Part shown: piece by piece, positions 1 through 12,620 of the stretch
How positions within the stretch are numbered: position 1 is the stretch's first letter
How the letters are laid out: every line of letters starts with the position of its first letter
Assembly: GCA_024704765.1 (NCBI GenBank)
Contig: JAKMXF010000351.1
Location: 100,136 to 164,135 of the forward strand
Direction of reading: 5' to 3'
Source: Oopsacas minuta
Taxonomy: Eukaryota > Animalia > Porifera
DNA length: 64,000 bases
Program-made: the position numbers and the translations under genes
The notes under the pieces: model-generated
The model's input: the letters and a program-made list of their open reading frames with translations, nothing else
Told to the model about the DNA's origin: nothing
The model's database searches: none

Positions 1-1452
1 CATTTTGAGTTGTAATGAATTATTATGAAAATGCCATCAAAGTTACCGCAGGAATTTGCAAAATTTATCATGGCAAATTTTAGTATTTGTATACATATAT
101 CATTAGATCATTGAATGTGAATTATAAAATCTTATTTATAGTATGTATCGTTCCACGGAGTATAAAAGATGGACACATTTAGGCCCAATAATGCATACTA
201 AGCATATATTTCGACAAAAATTATGCATTTTGGAAATGATGAAATATATTTCCATAAATAGCCGATACATTTACTCGGAAAATAACGTACCACTTTTCAA
301 ATATAGCACATATTCTGATGGACCCAAATTTCTTCAACTGAGTTCGAGCGCAGAGTTTATGCATAGACCAATAAATTCAATAAATGATATATGGAAATCG
401 GCTTTAGATCCAGCCAAAATTATTCTTACTAAAGTCTAAATAATTATTTTCACCTTCATTGGGGAAAATGAGAAGGACATACATTATAGAATGACACTTT
501 AGTTCTAATATTTTGGCGTGGTACCGATTTTAAGAGTCAAATTATGAAATCCTATGCATTTTGAAGAGGTTAGAATCTTATCAAAGGTTTTACCGTAAAT
601 CAATTTACATTGAGTTAATATCCTATAATATTGATGGTGATTATGACGTGAAATTTCTTGTGAAACTGGGAAAATGACGTGACTGGGGAGTAAGTGGGTT
701 TATTAGTGACGTAAGCATGAAAATTCTATAATATTACCTTCCAGTGGCCCCAACTGACCTTTGTTGCAAATTCCAGTTGGCTGGAAGGTCAGAGGTTTGA
801 ACTATCAGACTTAGGTTACTAATACATAGGGCGTTAGGATTTTCGATCGAAGATAGTGCGATCGGATCTAGATCCTCTTAAGGATCGGAAGAGGATTATT
901 GATCAATTTGGAAATGTAGGATAGTGATAAGAATAGAATCGATTATTTCTGGAAAGATCCCATCCTTTCAACTCTCAACTAATATATCCACAAGTGATAG
1001 TGCTATTTTCTAAATTAAAGACTGACTAACGAGCATAAGTTGCTACTAATTCGAAACTTTCAATTGAATCCATGCTACCATAAATTAGACCAATGATACG
1101 GAATCCAAAGGAAGATTATAATAATAACACAGCCGAAACCCTTTTTTCATACTAATCAGTTAATTTAACTATATGTATTTCCCAGGTTGTAAATAATGTG
1201 GGATTTACATATATTTCCATTGTTTACTCTATCTACAGTTACCTGCAAACAACTGTTAGGAAAACCGGTTGGGCTTTATGTAGAATCAGAGTTGTCACTA
1301 TATAAATGTGGTTTCCAACCATTTAACCACAGTAACCCCTGATTGGGACACAGTTTTCTGGGCAACTGTGCCGCTATATTTGTGGATCAATACCACAATG
1401 ATTGGATATCTATACTGTAAGAATATTCCCTATCATAAACATGTGTACTTAC

Positions 1453-1916
1453 ATAACGAGCCTTTGGCTGGTCTCTTCGCGATGAACCCGGCGGATTGCG
1501 CCTCGAGGTATCCAATTTTCTCCAAATTGACGTCCCCTTTGAGTATTATAATATAGATATATTTAGAAAAAGGTCATTCGCAAATATACATATATGGTAT
1601 ATATATTATTGAATTATTTTGCAAGATCAACCCGTATGTAGCCGTTGAAAGCAAGTATCTACATGTATTTGAGATTTAGCTGATTTGTTTATTTCACATT
1701 TATGTAAACAACAAAAAATTTAGATATGCTTAATCCAAAAGTTTGAAAATCGGATTCAGCATGTTCGGTATATTTAGTGAAGTTATTTTGAATTCTATTT
1801 AGCTCCTTGATAAACACGATAAATACATAATTATCCGACAATGTCAAAATTGCATATCGTATATCCTTTCCTTGACAATGAACAAACAAACAAAATTGAG
1901 ATTTAATAATATAGAT
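1453..1916 (+). mobile_element. Non-autonomous Helentron/HINE-like repeat, copy A
   Basis: 5' hairpin-like start AACGAGCCTTTGGCT, (ACAA)n microsatellite and 3' end AATTGAGATTTAATAATATAGAT. Same motifs recur at 27880, 31508 and 58830-59596. Rolling-circle class inferred from this architecture and the lack of TIRs. Confidence 0.55.
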
Positions 1917-2596
1917 TAGCATCACTTCATAAATAATTATATGATGAAGTCTAAGTATATAAGCACAGGGTTGGTCCCAGGATTTTGCATGCTCGGTGTA
2001 AGGCCGGGGGCCAAAATTTCAAACCCGGGGCTAATCAATTTATATAATGGGCATGTGGGCAGTGGTGGTCTGAGGTTTTGTCAAACCAGGGGCCGGGCCA
2101 TGTGATTAGATGGGTCAATTGGTGAATTGGTCATTCAATGATGACTAGATGGATAGAATTATCAATGGGTGAATTATGTTGTCATTGAATTCGTCGATAG
2201 TTCAATGGTTAACTATTGGGTCAATGGGTAACTCAATGGGTCAATTATGGGTTAAGGAATAAATTGATGGGTTTTGGCTAACTCGATATATCGATGGGCG
2301 GCTAGAATATTCAAAGGTTCGATTGGTAACTTGATGGGTCAATTGTTGCCACGATGGATGAATTGGTAACTCTATAGTTCAAAAGGTCGATTGGTAACTC
2401 AATTCGAAATGGGTAAATCGGTGGCTCAAGTGATGACTCGATGGCTCAATGGGTAACATTATGGAGCAATGAGTGCTAAATTGTTCAATGAGTAAGTAAA
2501 TTGGTCAATCTATAACTCGAAGCCTCAAATGATTTACTGCAAGTTTCAATGGATTTTTCGATGGGTAATTGGAAACTAGAAGGGTCAAAAGGTATA

Positions 2597-3907
2597 CAGG
2601 GTGTCTAATAAGTTCTGTTATACATTTTCGCGCCTTAGACAGTAGCTCTTAATATACTTATAAGTAATCTTCTAGATTTTCTTGTACCATTTTTGGCGCT
2701 CTTTCGAATTATACCAAGTATATATCATTCAAGTTGATGATTTACCAGAAAATCATGTTAGAAGAAATTCGTCCAAAAATTGTCACTTTTCACGAATCTG
2801 GGTTTAGCAACAGTGAAATTCTAAAAAGGCTAAAAAATGATAAAGTCAATCCCATTCTGATCTATCGCACAATAAAACGCTATATAGAGACTGGGAGTGT
2901 GTCTGACAGGAAACGAGTTGGTCGTCCAAGATCCGCTCACACACCAGCCCTGAAGAATAGTGTTAGATGTCGAATCCTGAGAAATCCCTGGCGTTCAATG
3001 CGAAAAATGTCTCGTGAATTCTGTGTCAATCACAAAATGATGCGGAAATTGGTTGTAGAGGACCTAGGAATGAAGTCCTATAAGATGAAAAACGTACACC
3101 ATCTTAACGACTCCATACGTCGTAAGCGACTCGAAAGATGCATACAACTAAAAGCCTGATTCGCTCCTGGGACTGAAGATCAGATTTTCTTCTCAGATGA
3201 GAAGCTGTTCACGGTTGAGGAGGCAAGCAATCGTCAAAACGACCGTATACTTGCTTCTCGAAGTCAGGATATCCCAGATAGTATCAAGTACATTGATAGA
3301 GTCTAGAAGCCTCTTTCTCTGATGGTATGGGCGGGTGTGTCGGCAGACTCACGGACAAACCTGATTTTTGTCCCCCAAGGAGTGAAAATAAACTCCCAGA
3401 CGTACAGAGAGCTGGTCTTGGAGCCTGATATTGCGTCTGCGGGTGAGAAGCTCTTTCAAAACCATCCTTAGACTTACCAACAAGACTCTGCGCCTGCACA
3501 TGCTTCAAAAATATCCCAGGGTTGGTTCCGAGAGCAAAATATCGATTTCATAAGTAAGGATGAATGGCCACCATCAAGCCCAGATTTAAACCTACTCGAC
3601 TATTCTGTTTGAGCAAACTTGGAGAGCAGGGCCTGTGCGAAATCTCACAAGAGTTTGGAGTCCCTCAAAGTTAGTTTGTTGAGTGAATGGCAGAAAATCC
3701 CACAGGAGGAGCTGCGAAAAGCTGTCCATCAGTTTCGGGGCAGACTAACTTCCGTAATTCATAAAAAGAGAGGCTATATTGAATGATATTTGTAATGTGT
3801 AATTAGGAACATAAGTCCTAAGAAAATAGAAGGTTTCATGGCTTTACAATGGATAAATTTGAAATCTTTGAGGAATTGATATATAACAGAACTTATTAGA
3901 CACCCTG
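2597..3907 (+). mobile_element. Tc1/mariner superfamily, maT (DD37D) transposon, full length
   Basis: 26-bp perfect TIR CAGGGTGTCTAATAAGTTCTGTTATA with TA on both flanks (2595-96, 3908-09). Catalytic motifs FSDEK, QQD-(37 aa)-D and SPDLNLLDY. Confidence 0.93.
2755..3786 (+). pseudogene. maT transposase with four in-frame nonsense codons
   Basis: HTH region (ORF 2734-3159) continues in frame through TGA/TAG/TAG/TGA to GYIE* at 3786. Confidence 0.88.
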
Positions 3908-6132
3908 TATGCGTATCTAGATGCGTCATTGGTTAACTTGATGGGTCGATGGGTCAATGCGTGACTCAATGCTTCAGTGTGTCAATATATGACTCCAAGG
4001 GTATTTTCTGATTCGATGAGCCAATGGGTAAATCAATGTGTCAATTGGTGACTCGAGGTTTTAATGAGTGATTCGATGGGTTAATAAGTAACTTGATGGT
4101 TCAATTGGTTATTCGAATGTTCATATGATCATGGAGGACTCAATGGGTCTATTATTAACTTGATGGGTCAATGGTAACTCGATATTTCAATTCGTGCCTC
4201 GATGGGTCAATGTGTGACTGTATCCTGATCAATGTGTACTAGAAGGGTCAATGGGTAAATTGATATTACACTGAGTGACTCGATGTTTCAATGAGTGACT
4301 CGATGGATGAAATGGTCAACGGTTGACTCGATGGATCAATAGTTTACTCGATGGGTCAATGGGTAACTAGATGGGTCGATGGGTTACTTGATGGGCCAAT
4401 ACGTAAGTTGATGGCTAAGTGAGTCCCTCGATGGATAAACTGGTGACTCGATGCAACAATGAGCAAATAGATCCCCATTTTCCCTGAGACACTTTTTCAA
4501 ATGATTATGATATGATATATTTATTGCTTATTAAGTTTCTGATATTTGGAAACCTAATATCCATGGATATTAATACATATTGAGGAATTTTTCTATACCT
4601 AAGGCCTGAAGAGTAGGCCAATATGCTCGAGTCACTGCTGTAGGTTTCCTACTCGACTCACTATGTTCAGTCTGTCATTTTCAATGTGTAATTTCGAGGG
4701 TACATTGGTTTAAGGGACCTATTTGGTATGGTGAGATTACTCAGTTAGTAGTACATGCATTCAAAAGTTACATGAAATGAAATAGTAATTATTATGGTGC
4801 TAATTATTGCATGAAAGCTCTTTACTATGTGAAATAGTTAATACAGCTTTGAAATGGAATACAATTGATATCCATGGAATATCGATTTCCATTGCAAGCC
4901 TGATGTTTAAATAACCTGGATTTAAATTTCAGGCAACGGAATAAGGAAGTAATATTAAACCTAACATTACGCATTGTCGCCCAACCCGGTGGGCAGGTTG
5001 ACAAGCCTCAGCACACTCAAATCGTTAATTTGTTAGAAATTTCGACGCCTGTATTATTCACCATTAAATATAATTGCGCAATAGAATTTAACGCATGTGA
5101 GTTAATTCTGTTTGAATGAATGTAAATGTTAATTTATCATGTGAATTAATTTTATAAGGTGTAACTAGAAAATATATGATGTGCAGTTGTAAAAAATTCA
5201 TATGCATTGATAGACTCAATGGAGTTTACAATAAACGTAAATACTAACATGACAAAGCTTTTAGAATTTTCAAATTATCAAATAGCTAGTGTTGTTACTT
5301 TGTAATGGTTATCAAACAATACTAAAATTTTGCAAAAGATTTAATAACGTAAAAATGTAAGTGGAATTATACATTCTACAGAATCAGGGGCCTTATTAAT
5401 TAAAACTCTCAGAATTATTCTTAACTTAATTCTAAGTGTATTTCTAAGAATAATTCTAAGAATTCATGAAATATTCTTAGCTTTCGTTAAGAATTCTTAA
5501 CTTGGCTATAATTAACGGATTCTAAGAATAATTCTTAGAATAATTCTTAGAATTAAGCAATTTAAAGAAAAATTCTTAGAATTGGTAATTCTACTTGAAT
5601 GATTCTTGCTATTGATTAATAAAATTTATGCCAATTAATTCGACTTCAATCGCTTTAGGAGAAGATAAGTACATAGTAGAAAATAACATCCTCACAATTG
5701 TATACTTCATTTATCATCAATGAGATAAATTGCCCCACCCAATAGAAAAGGATATTCATTGCATTTCCCATTTGTGTATCATTGTATAAACTCATGACCT
5801 CGCTTTTTGTTCTTTGGGAGCTGTAAATAGGCAGTTTACGACGCCAGAGAATATTTCGTGACTGGTTAAACCCTATTGATGCGTACACAGATGCAGAGTT
5901 TATTTCTCGTTATAGAATCAGAAGAGAAATGTTCTTAGAATGCATGATAAAATTGAGACTTTCATGTGTCGATCTACAAGCAGATCTCATTCACTTTCGG
6001 TGACAACTCAATTAGCGGTCACTCTTCAGTTTCTAGCTATGGGTAGTTTCCAAACTGTGGTTGCATCAGCTCATGAAATTTCCCAGCCCTCTGTGTCCAA
6101 CTGTGTTAGAGATGTAACAGATGCATTGTGCT

Positions 6133-8307
6133 CAGGGTGACCAGATCTCACATGCCAAAAAGAAGGACATTTTCAAAGTCAAACCATTCGTGTTCGATTA
6201 TAATATTTTATTGTATGTTTATCAAGAGATACAAAGTAACTAACACTGAAATACATAATTTAGGTAATCCAAATTTCGTGATACATGTTTGTGGTATCAA
6301 AAAATAAATTTAGTTTGTGTATTTGGCATTGGGACAGATTTTCTTCAATACAACTTGGTTATTGGGGTTAATTTTTGATGCATTTCCCTGCAACTCATTT
6401 CAAAATTCACTATTACTTTAAGTAGTGCACCAACAGTGGAAATGTCTAGTTTGTTTCTGTTGTCGCTCCATTGTACCTTTGATAAACTGAACACTCTTTC
6501 ACACACCGCGTTAGATGCAGGGATAGCAAAATAGAAGATACTAATTTTCTTATGCAGGGAATAATTTCTTATGTAATGATATCCCAACACTGGCCCAGGC
6601 TTAAATCCGAGGTCATTGACAAACTTGGAAAGTTCCGTTGAAGACAGCATACTTCCTCAAACAAGTCATCAATCTGAGCAATTTCTGGGCATAATAATTC
6701 AGCACATCCCTTCAATAATTTATAGTCAATTAATTCAACATCTTTCAATAATAACCAATCTAAACTATCCAAATGTAGCCATTTATCCAAGGTAGTCGAA
6801 TGAAATCTGATAGAATGTCATACATTCGTACTTGAATATCTGTATTTGAATAACGTTGTCAATTTTAGAAAGTTCCATTTCAGTAATAGCTTCTAAAAAT
6901 CCACCAATATACTGATCCAACAAAGATTGCTGTAATTTTCTTAATTCACGAATCATCTCGGGCAATGAGAGATTGTTTCTCTGGAGAATTAAACTTGTGT
7001 TATTGAACAATATAAAGGCACTATGCATGAAGAGGAAGTAGCACTGACTAAGATTAGATTCAAAATATGTTTCCAACATTCTAGGACATATCTTGTTCGA
7101 GAGAAATAAGATTTCAACTCTTCTCACAGTTTTGGAATCCGTTCTATCAAGGGGAATAAAGTCAACCACCTAGTTTTGCCATGATTGGGAAAATTTAAGT
7201 AGTGCAGTTCTAGAAAATCACAAAATTCGATAAACCTTTGGTGACGCTGAAGTACCCCACTCTTTTCTCCAGAAAAGAAGGAAGAAATCTTTGCAACAAT
7301 CGATTCAATATCAACTGATAGAGCTCGTTCACCAGCGATCTGAGCTGATTTATGTATCAAATGTGATGGACAACCACAACAGGAATTAATTTGGATTTAA
7401 TCTGTTTCAACTTGGTAAAAACATTGTCACCTTCTGCTCTATTAATACCACCAAAATTTACTGGAGCATTATCAGCACAAAACGCAATCATTTTTTCTGG
7501 GTTCAATCCATACTTAGTAATTACATCTAGAAGCATTTCTGCAACTTGTTTTGATTTTTCATCTTGTAAATGAACGAAATCTAGGAGCTTCTTCTGCACG
7601 CCACTACTGGTGAAGTATCGAATAATTATAGGAAATGTCTTTAGCTCAGCGTGATTCGATGCATCAGTTGATAAAGAGAAGGCAATTCCAGTTTGTAGCT
7701 CACTTAATACTTCCTCAATGCTCATCGGTGCTAGAACACCAGTAATTATTGCTTCAGTTTTAGTGCGAGCAGAATGGAAATTCTTTGCTACATCAGAATC
7801 AGAAAAACACACATACTGAAAGCAGGTTAGACGTACAGTCCATTGTTCTAAAAGAATGATGATGTTTTACTGTATGAAATGCAAATGTCCCCTCAGCAGC
7901 AGAAATTTTTAAACTAATAGGAGAATATCTCTCTTTGATGAGTAATCCCAAAGATTGAGTTGAAGTTATCATTTGTTGGGACGAAGAGTGCTTGATCGTA
8001 TCGATGTGTTTCTTGACTGAAGAAATTCCAGCACTGGCTAAATTAATGTCCACATTGCAGATAGTGCAATAGGTGAAATTATTACCTTTATTACTTGATT
8101 TTATGAAAGAAAACTCTTGACCCAATTCGAAGCAGAATGAATATTTTCTCTTCGCATATTTATAGGTTTAGCTAATATAATAAAGTAAACAAGGACAAAT
8201 AAGGACAATAAGGAAAAAAGAAGGAAAAAGAAGGACAGAATGAAAAGAAGATAACTAGTCTAAAAAGGAGGACTGTCCTTCCAAAAGAAGGTTATCTGGT
8301 CACTCTG
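6133..8307 (-). mobile_element. hAT transposon, full length
   Basis: TIR CAGGGTGACCAGAT / CAGAGTGACCAGAT (13/14). Perfect 8-bp TSD ATTGTGCT (6125-32, 8308-15). AAGGACA subterminal repeats. Confidence 0.95.
6345..8157 (-). pseudogene. hAT transposase (BED-like finger, DDE core, dimerisation domain), frameshifted
   Basis: Consecutive minus ORFs give CTICNVD...KKH, STDASNH, CADNAP, KTRWL and PASNAVCERVFS. Confidence 0.9.
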
Positions 8308-9264
8308 ATTGTGCTCAATTGCGAAAGACTATATACAGTTTCCAACTGCTGCTAGACAGATGTGTATGCAGCATGGATTTATGGAAAATTCGGATTTCCT
8401 AAAGTATTAGGTTGCATAGACGGCACACATATCCCAATTGTTGCACCTAGCACCAACGAAGCAATTTATGCTAATCGTAAAAGTTTTTATCCAATTAACG
8501 TCCAAGCGATGTGTGACGATGTATTCAAGTTTATTGATGTAGTTGTGAAGTGGCCAGGCAGCACACATGCTGCGTTCATATGGCGGCAATCAGGAATCAA
8601 TCTTAAGATCGCCAGTAGAGAAATTCCAATTCTTGAAGGGTGGTTCCTCGGCGATAGTAGTTATCCGTTGTGCACAAATTTAATGACTCCATTACTATCT
8701 CCTGTTACAGCTCGCGAAAGAAGGTATAATCGTGCTTTCCTGAAAACTCGAAAGACAATTGAATGTACCTTTGGAATATCGAAGAGCAGATGGAAATCAA
8801 TGGACAAGCCTGGTGGCAGTTTGTGCTATAGCCCAGAAAGGGTTTGCAAACCAAATCTTATCCTCCATGATACTTCATAATTTTTGTGTTGATTACGGCC
8901 TTCAAATTGATATTGAAAACTTGGAAAGTGACATGCCCTACACCGAAACAGAAGACACTGAACATTCAGATAATGGGATTTTAGTTAGAGAAAATATAAT
9001 TATAAACTATTTCCCATGATATAGGAAGTTTAATTAATTAACTGAGCACATGAATGAATTAGGCTCTGATTTACTTATAACATAATACTCTTAATTAAGG
9101 ATTCCTAATCTTGACTTTGAAAGTAATGAGGCTGAAGACAAAGTAGAAGTAGGAAATGAAGGTGGCAATGTTTAAAAATGCGGCCAAGGAAGCCTAGTTT
9201 GAGCCATCAGAAGAGAAAGTTTCTTTGATTGGTCCGCTGCTGTATGTTGCAAAATCTGGATCAC

Positions 9265-9881
9265 TCAAATGAATTTACTCTCAAGCCGATCTAGCTTAGA
9301 ATCAATGTTAGTCAAAATCTCCAATTTCTTATCTTCTTTCTCTAAAATTGCACGTTTGGTCGATTCCAATTCGTCATTTTCCAAACGATGACGTTTTCTT
9401 GGGGCTGGTTGGAAAAACTTTATTTGTTCAATATCTTCAGAGGGAACTGGGCTTATCAGCATCCTTTCAGTTTCCTCATTTGCACATTGAGATTCAAGAG
9501 AGAGATCGATACCCGATTCAATGCCTTCAAAAGCTTCCTTTCCTTTCATGCTACTGATTTTAGCTTCTATTTCATCTAAATCAGCATCTGCAGGACCTCC
9601 AGTTTTTCTTGCTGATGCTAACTTATCTGCAATACGAGGCTTATGTTTTGTTAGTATATTATACCATGTTTTCATGACATCATCTCTTGTTCTTACATTC
9701 CCATGTAATTCAGACAGTCTCCCTGAAATTTCTTCCCAGATTTTGTTCTTATCATCTATAGTCAGAGTTGATGTTAGAGCTCCGAACAATTTCGATTTTT
9801 GATCATGAATGGGATTCACGAGTGACATTATCTCCTCCAGAGTAAAATTCTTTGAACGGGTTTTCGATTTTCAGTGGTCAT
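9265..9881 (-). pseudogene. Harbinger accessory Myb/SANT-like DNA-binding protein
   Basis: RSKNFTLEEIMSLV...KNKIWEEIS...RTRDDVMKTWYN...ARKTGG. One frameshift near the 5' end (ATG at 9881). Confidence 0.8.
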
Positions 9882-10550
9882 AATGCGAACGATTGTTAAG
9901 ATATTATCATAATTAATTGACATTTTATTTTTATTTATACTTATCACTAAAGATGAAGAATATACGTAAATGAATAAAATTGCATAGATTGCGTATATTT
10001 TACAGGACGTCACTCAAATAACATTGACTTTATTTACCTTAGTTTAGATACAACACTATTATGTTTCAAAATATTTGGGATATAAATACATAAATACATT
10101 TATTGATGTCATAATGCAATTCAGAGTGACATCAAGAAATTGTATCTGAATATAGTTGGTATGAAATTCGACTATAGTTCTATGCTGCGGGTATTACAAC
10201 ATGTGGATGTGATAATCAAACATATTGTCTTATGCGATAAACAATCTTCTTTGTAAAAAATGCATATTTATTATAATTTCATAGAAAAGTAGAATAAATT
10301 ATAAGTTAAGTGTCCTCTTTACCTCACTAAATATTTTTCTTAGAATTGTTCGAATTCTTAGAATTATTCTAAGAATTGAGTCGTATTCTAAGAATTTCAC
10401 TTAAATTAAGCAAAATTCTAAGAATTCGACTTAAGAATTTTAGTTAATACCACTTTTATAAATTCTAAGAATAAGACTTAAGTGTTGGGAAATTCTAAGA
10501 ATTAGTCTAATTCTAAGAATTTGGTTTAAGAATTTTAGTTAATAAGGCCC

Positions 10551-11450
10551 CTGGTCGTGATGCTGCTGCTTGTCAGTATGCTTCACAGGTCAAACTGATG
10601 TATCAGGCCCTGAAGTTGTAACAACAGGCTTTGAGCATAATTGCACGTCGCGAAGCGATCGAAGATACTATCGTAGAGCTAACTTCTGATGGAAAGGAAT
10701 TTGCCGCTTATACTTTCCGACAAAGAGCTGGAATCTCTCATGAAGCTATAAGTTCAACAGTAGTCTTTCCTATTGCACACATACACTTATACTTACGTAT
10801 GCTTGATTGGTTCCTGAATATTTTATCTGATAGCAGCAGGAAGACGTGACTGGGCTGATCATGTAAATATTTGGATAAGCCATAAACTGATTTCACAACG
10901 GATTATAGAATTTACGAATATTCATTTTGAGGAGCCTTGAGGAAGTGGGAACACTAGCACTGGTATCCTGTTCGTTTGTTCTTTTCTGATAATCTCCATT
11001 TTCAAATAGTACTCGCCTTTTTACCTCGAGAAGACATTGAAAATCTTCTGCTCTTCTTCGTGTAACTAATTCCTCTCAGAACTTCACTGTTACTAACCTC
11101 AAGGCACTATGAGAAGAAATATATTTCTTCCCGTTAGATCATTACCCCTGGGTTTCAATAACCACAGTGCATAAATCTCTAGCACATACCTATTAATTTA
11201 TAGAACTGAATGATAATCGTGCCCTTAAAAGATTCTCTGAAGAATGTTTGGAACAGGCACCCATAAGCTAAATACGCAGGTTTAGTGAGTATCCATCGCG
11301 AAAATCAAATTTTCTTCAAGAAATGAAAGACATATTCCCCCGAATATACGTAGTAGGACAAACAGTACTCAATGAGAAGTTTCCTAAGTGTCTCAAATGT
11401 GAGAAAATTGGAGAGTTGTGACATCAACGAGGTTGTAAAGCGAAGATAAG
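10551..11450 (+). pseudogene. RAG1-like/Transib transposase relic (C-terminal half)
   Basis: Across frameshifts it reads AAACQY, QRAGISHEAIS..VFPIAHIHLYLRMLDWF, STG(N)PVRLFFS, YPW...TVHKSLAH, LKRFSEECLE and CLKCEKIG. These are colinear with GASCQMC, ERFNLTHQPIS..PLHSY..RWF, STGNVARRTFS, FPW..TLHKLLAH, LKAFSEESTE and CERCDQSGH of the 52-54 kb element. Confidence 0.7.
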
Positions 11451-11923
11451 CTGCGACAGTTCAGATATTGATTCTATTGTCAAACACTTGCTGGAATTTA
11501 TTGATAATGTTTAAAAATATAGTAACATTATAATAAGTTAGAGTGTATTTTGTGAGTCATGTAAATATTAGACGATTTATAAATTACATCAAATAGTAAC
11601 ATTTTAGCTTGACACCCATAGTAACTAAAAGTATAGAATGGAAAGTTATATATTTTCGCATTATTCACATTATATAACCCATAATTATGCTATATCATCA
11701 CAAATTTAGAACATAGAAAATTAATTAAATTTCACAAAAATTTGTTTTTAATGATAAAAGTAGCATTAGAACTACGCCCAGTATAAGTTTGATAGTATTT
11801 TGAATGATGAAATTATATTGATAGGAATTTATATTGGGTGAACAAACAAGATTTCAAAAGGCCCGAAAATTCACATAATTTGGAGTGTCTATGGGATATT
11901 ACACACTCGGATGTACCATTAAC

Positions 11924-12058
11924 TTGGCAAATGAATTCAATTATTTTGGCAACTGAACTGAAAATTCAACTATTCTGGCAAATGAATTCAATTATTTTGG
12001 CAACTGAACTGAAGATTCAATTATTTTGGCAAACGAATTCAATTAATTTGGCAAATGT
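11924..12058 (+). repeat. 51-bp tandem repeat, ~2.6 units
   Basis: TTGGCAAATGAATTCAATTATTTTGGCAACTGAACTGAA(A/G)ATTCAA repeated. Confidence 0.85.
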
Positions 12059-12259
12059 TTAAAATTATACGCTCTTTATATTGGTATCATTTCAACATTT
12101 CCCTTTGTAGAGTGTGGATTCATATACTCAGACCAGAATGTTAAAAAATGTATAGAAACATTATTAACATTAGTAACTTCTAGGTTGGGTTCTAAACAGT
12201 TAATAGTTACTAGGAAGTAATTCTAAAATAGAAAATATGATTAATTACTAGATATTGTT

Positions 12260-12620
12260 CTACATTAATGAATAACAAGTCCCTCTTTTGGGCCTGCCTG
12301 GATTTTTCTTCGCTGATTTTACGAAAGTGGTTACATTTGGGTGGGCGTCCATTTTCTTATTCAATAATCCATAAGCGATAACACGAGAACATGCTTTGTA
12401 GTGCATATAGCTGGGACAAGTGCAGGAATACTGAACTTTGTATCCACAAGATTCATCTAAGGATTCTGTAATGACATAGAAACCTTCTCTTTCTAAAATA
12501 AAGGAATCAAGATCTGTATATTGATCCACATGTAGAGACGCAGATTTATATTTCAAAAATAAGTCGGTAACTTCTTGTATATATTCTTCCGAAGAAAAGT
12601 ATAAAAGTTGTAACCTTCTA
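12260..12620 (-). pseudogene. SWIM zinc-finger/AT-hook fragment, probable MULE transposase 3' relic
   Basis: YSCTCPSYMHYKACS (SWIM CxC...C pattern; the His position reads R) followed by PGRPKRG. Confidence 0.55.

Larger units (their letters stand above)
2108..4460 (+). repeat. Degenerate G-rich minisatellite (~20-bp unit GATGGGTCAATGGGTAACTC), split by the maT element
   Basis: Recurrent GATGGGTCAA / GGTAACTC / GTGACTCG motifs on both sides of 2597-3907. Confidence 0.75.
5841..9019 (+). pseudogene. Harbinger (HARBI1-like) DDE transposase split by hAT insertion
   Basis: 5' part QLAVTLQFLAMGSFQ...SQPSVSNCV rejoins as DALCS-IAKDYIQFP once 6133-8315 is removed. It then reads GCIDGTHIP, WPGSTH, FLGDSSYP and IECTFG. 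Frameshifts present. Confidence 0.88.
5388..10550 (+). mobile_element. PIF/Harbinger (PHIS) element, NuwaI-like, carrying a nested hAT
   Basis: TIR GGGCCTTATTAATTAAAA vs right-end reverse complement GGGCCTTATTAACTAAAA. Flanks CAG and CTG (CWG). Subterminal TTCTWAGAA arrays. Convergent DDE transposase (+) and Myb/SANT gene (-). Confidence 0.88.

Noticed and set aside
2755-3786. Alternative genetic code or read-through suggested by in-frame stops
   Set aside because: Both TGA and TAG occur at positions explained by single transitions, and host genes are open under the standard code.
11163-11169. CACAGTG heptamer in the second RAG1-like relic
   Set aside because: It falls inside the coding motif TTVHK, with no partner end or TSD; coincidental.
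11924-12058. CRISPR-like repeat array
   Set aside because: Plain tandem repeat without unique spacers, in a eukaryotic context with no cas genes.
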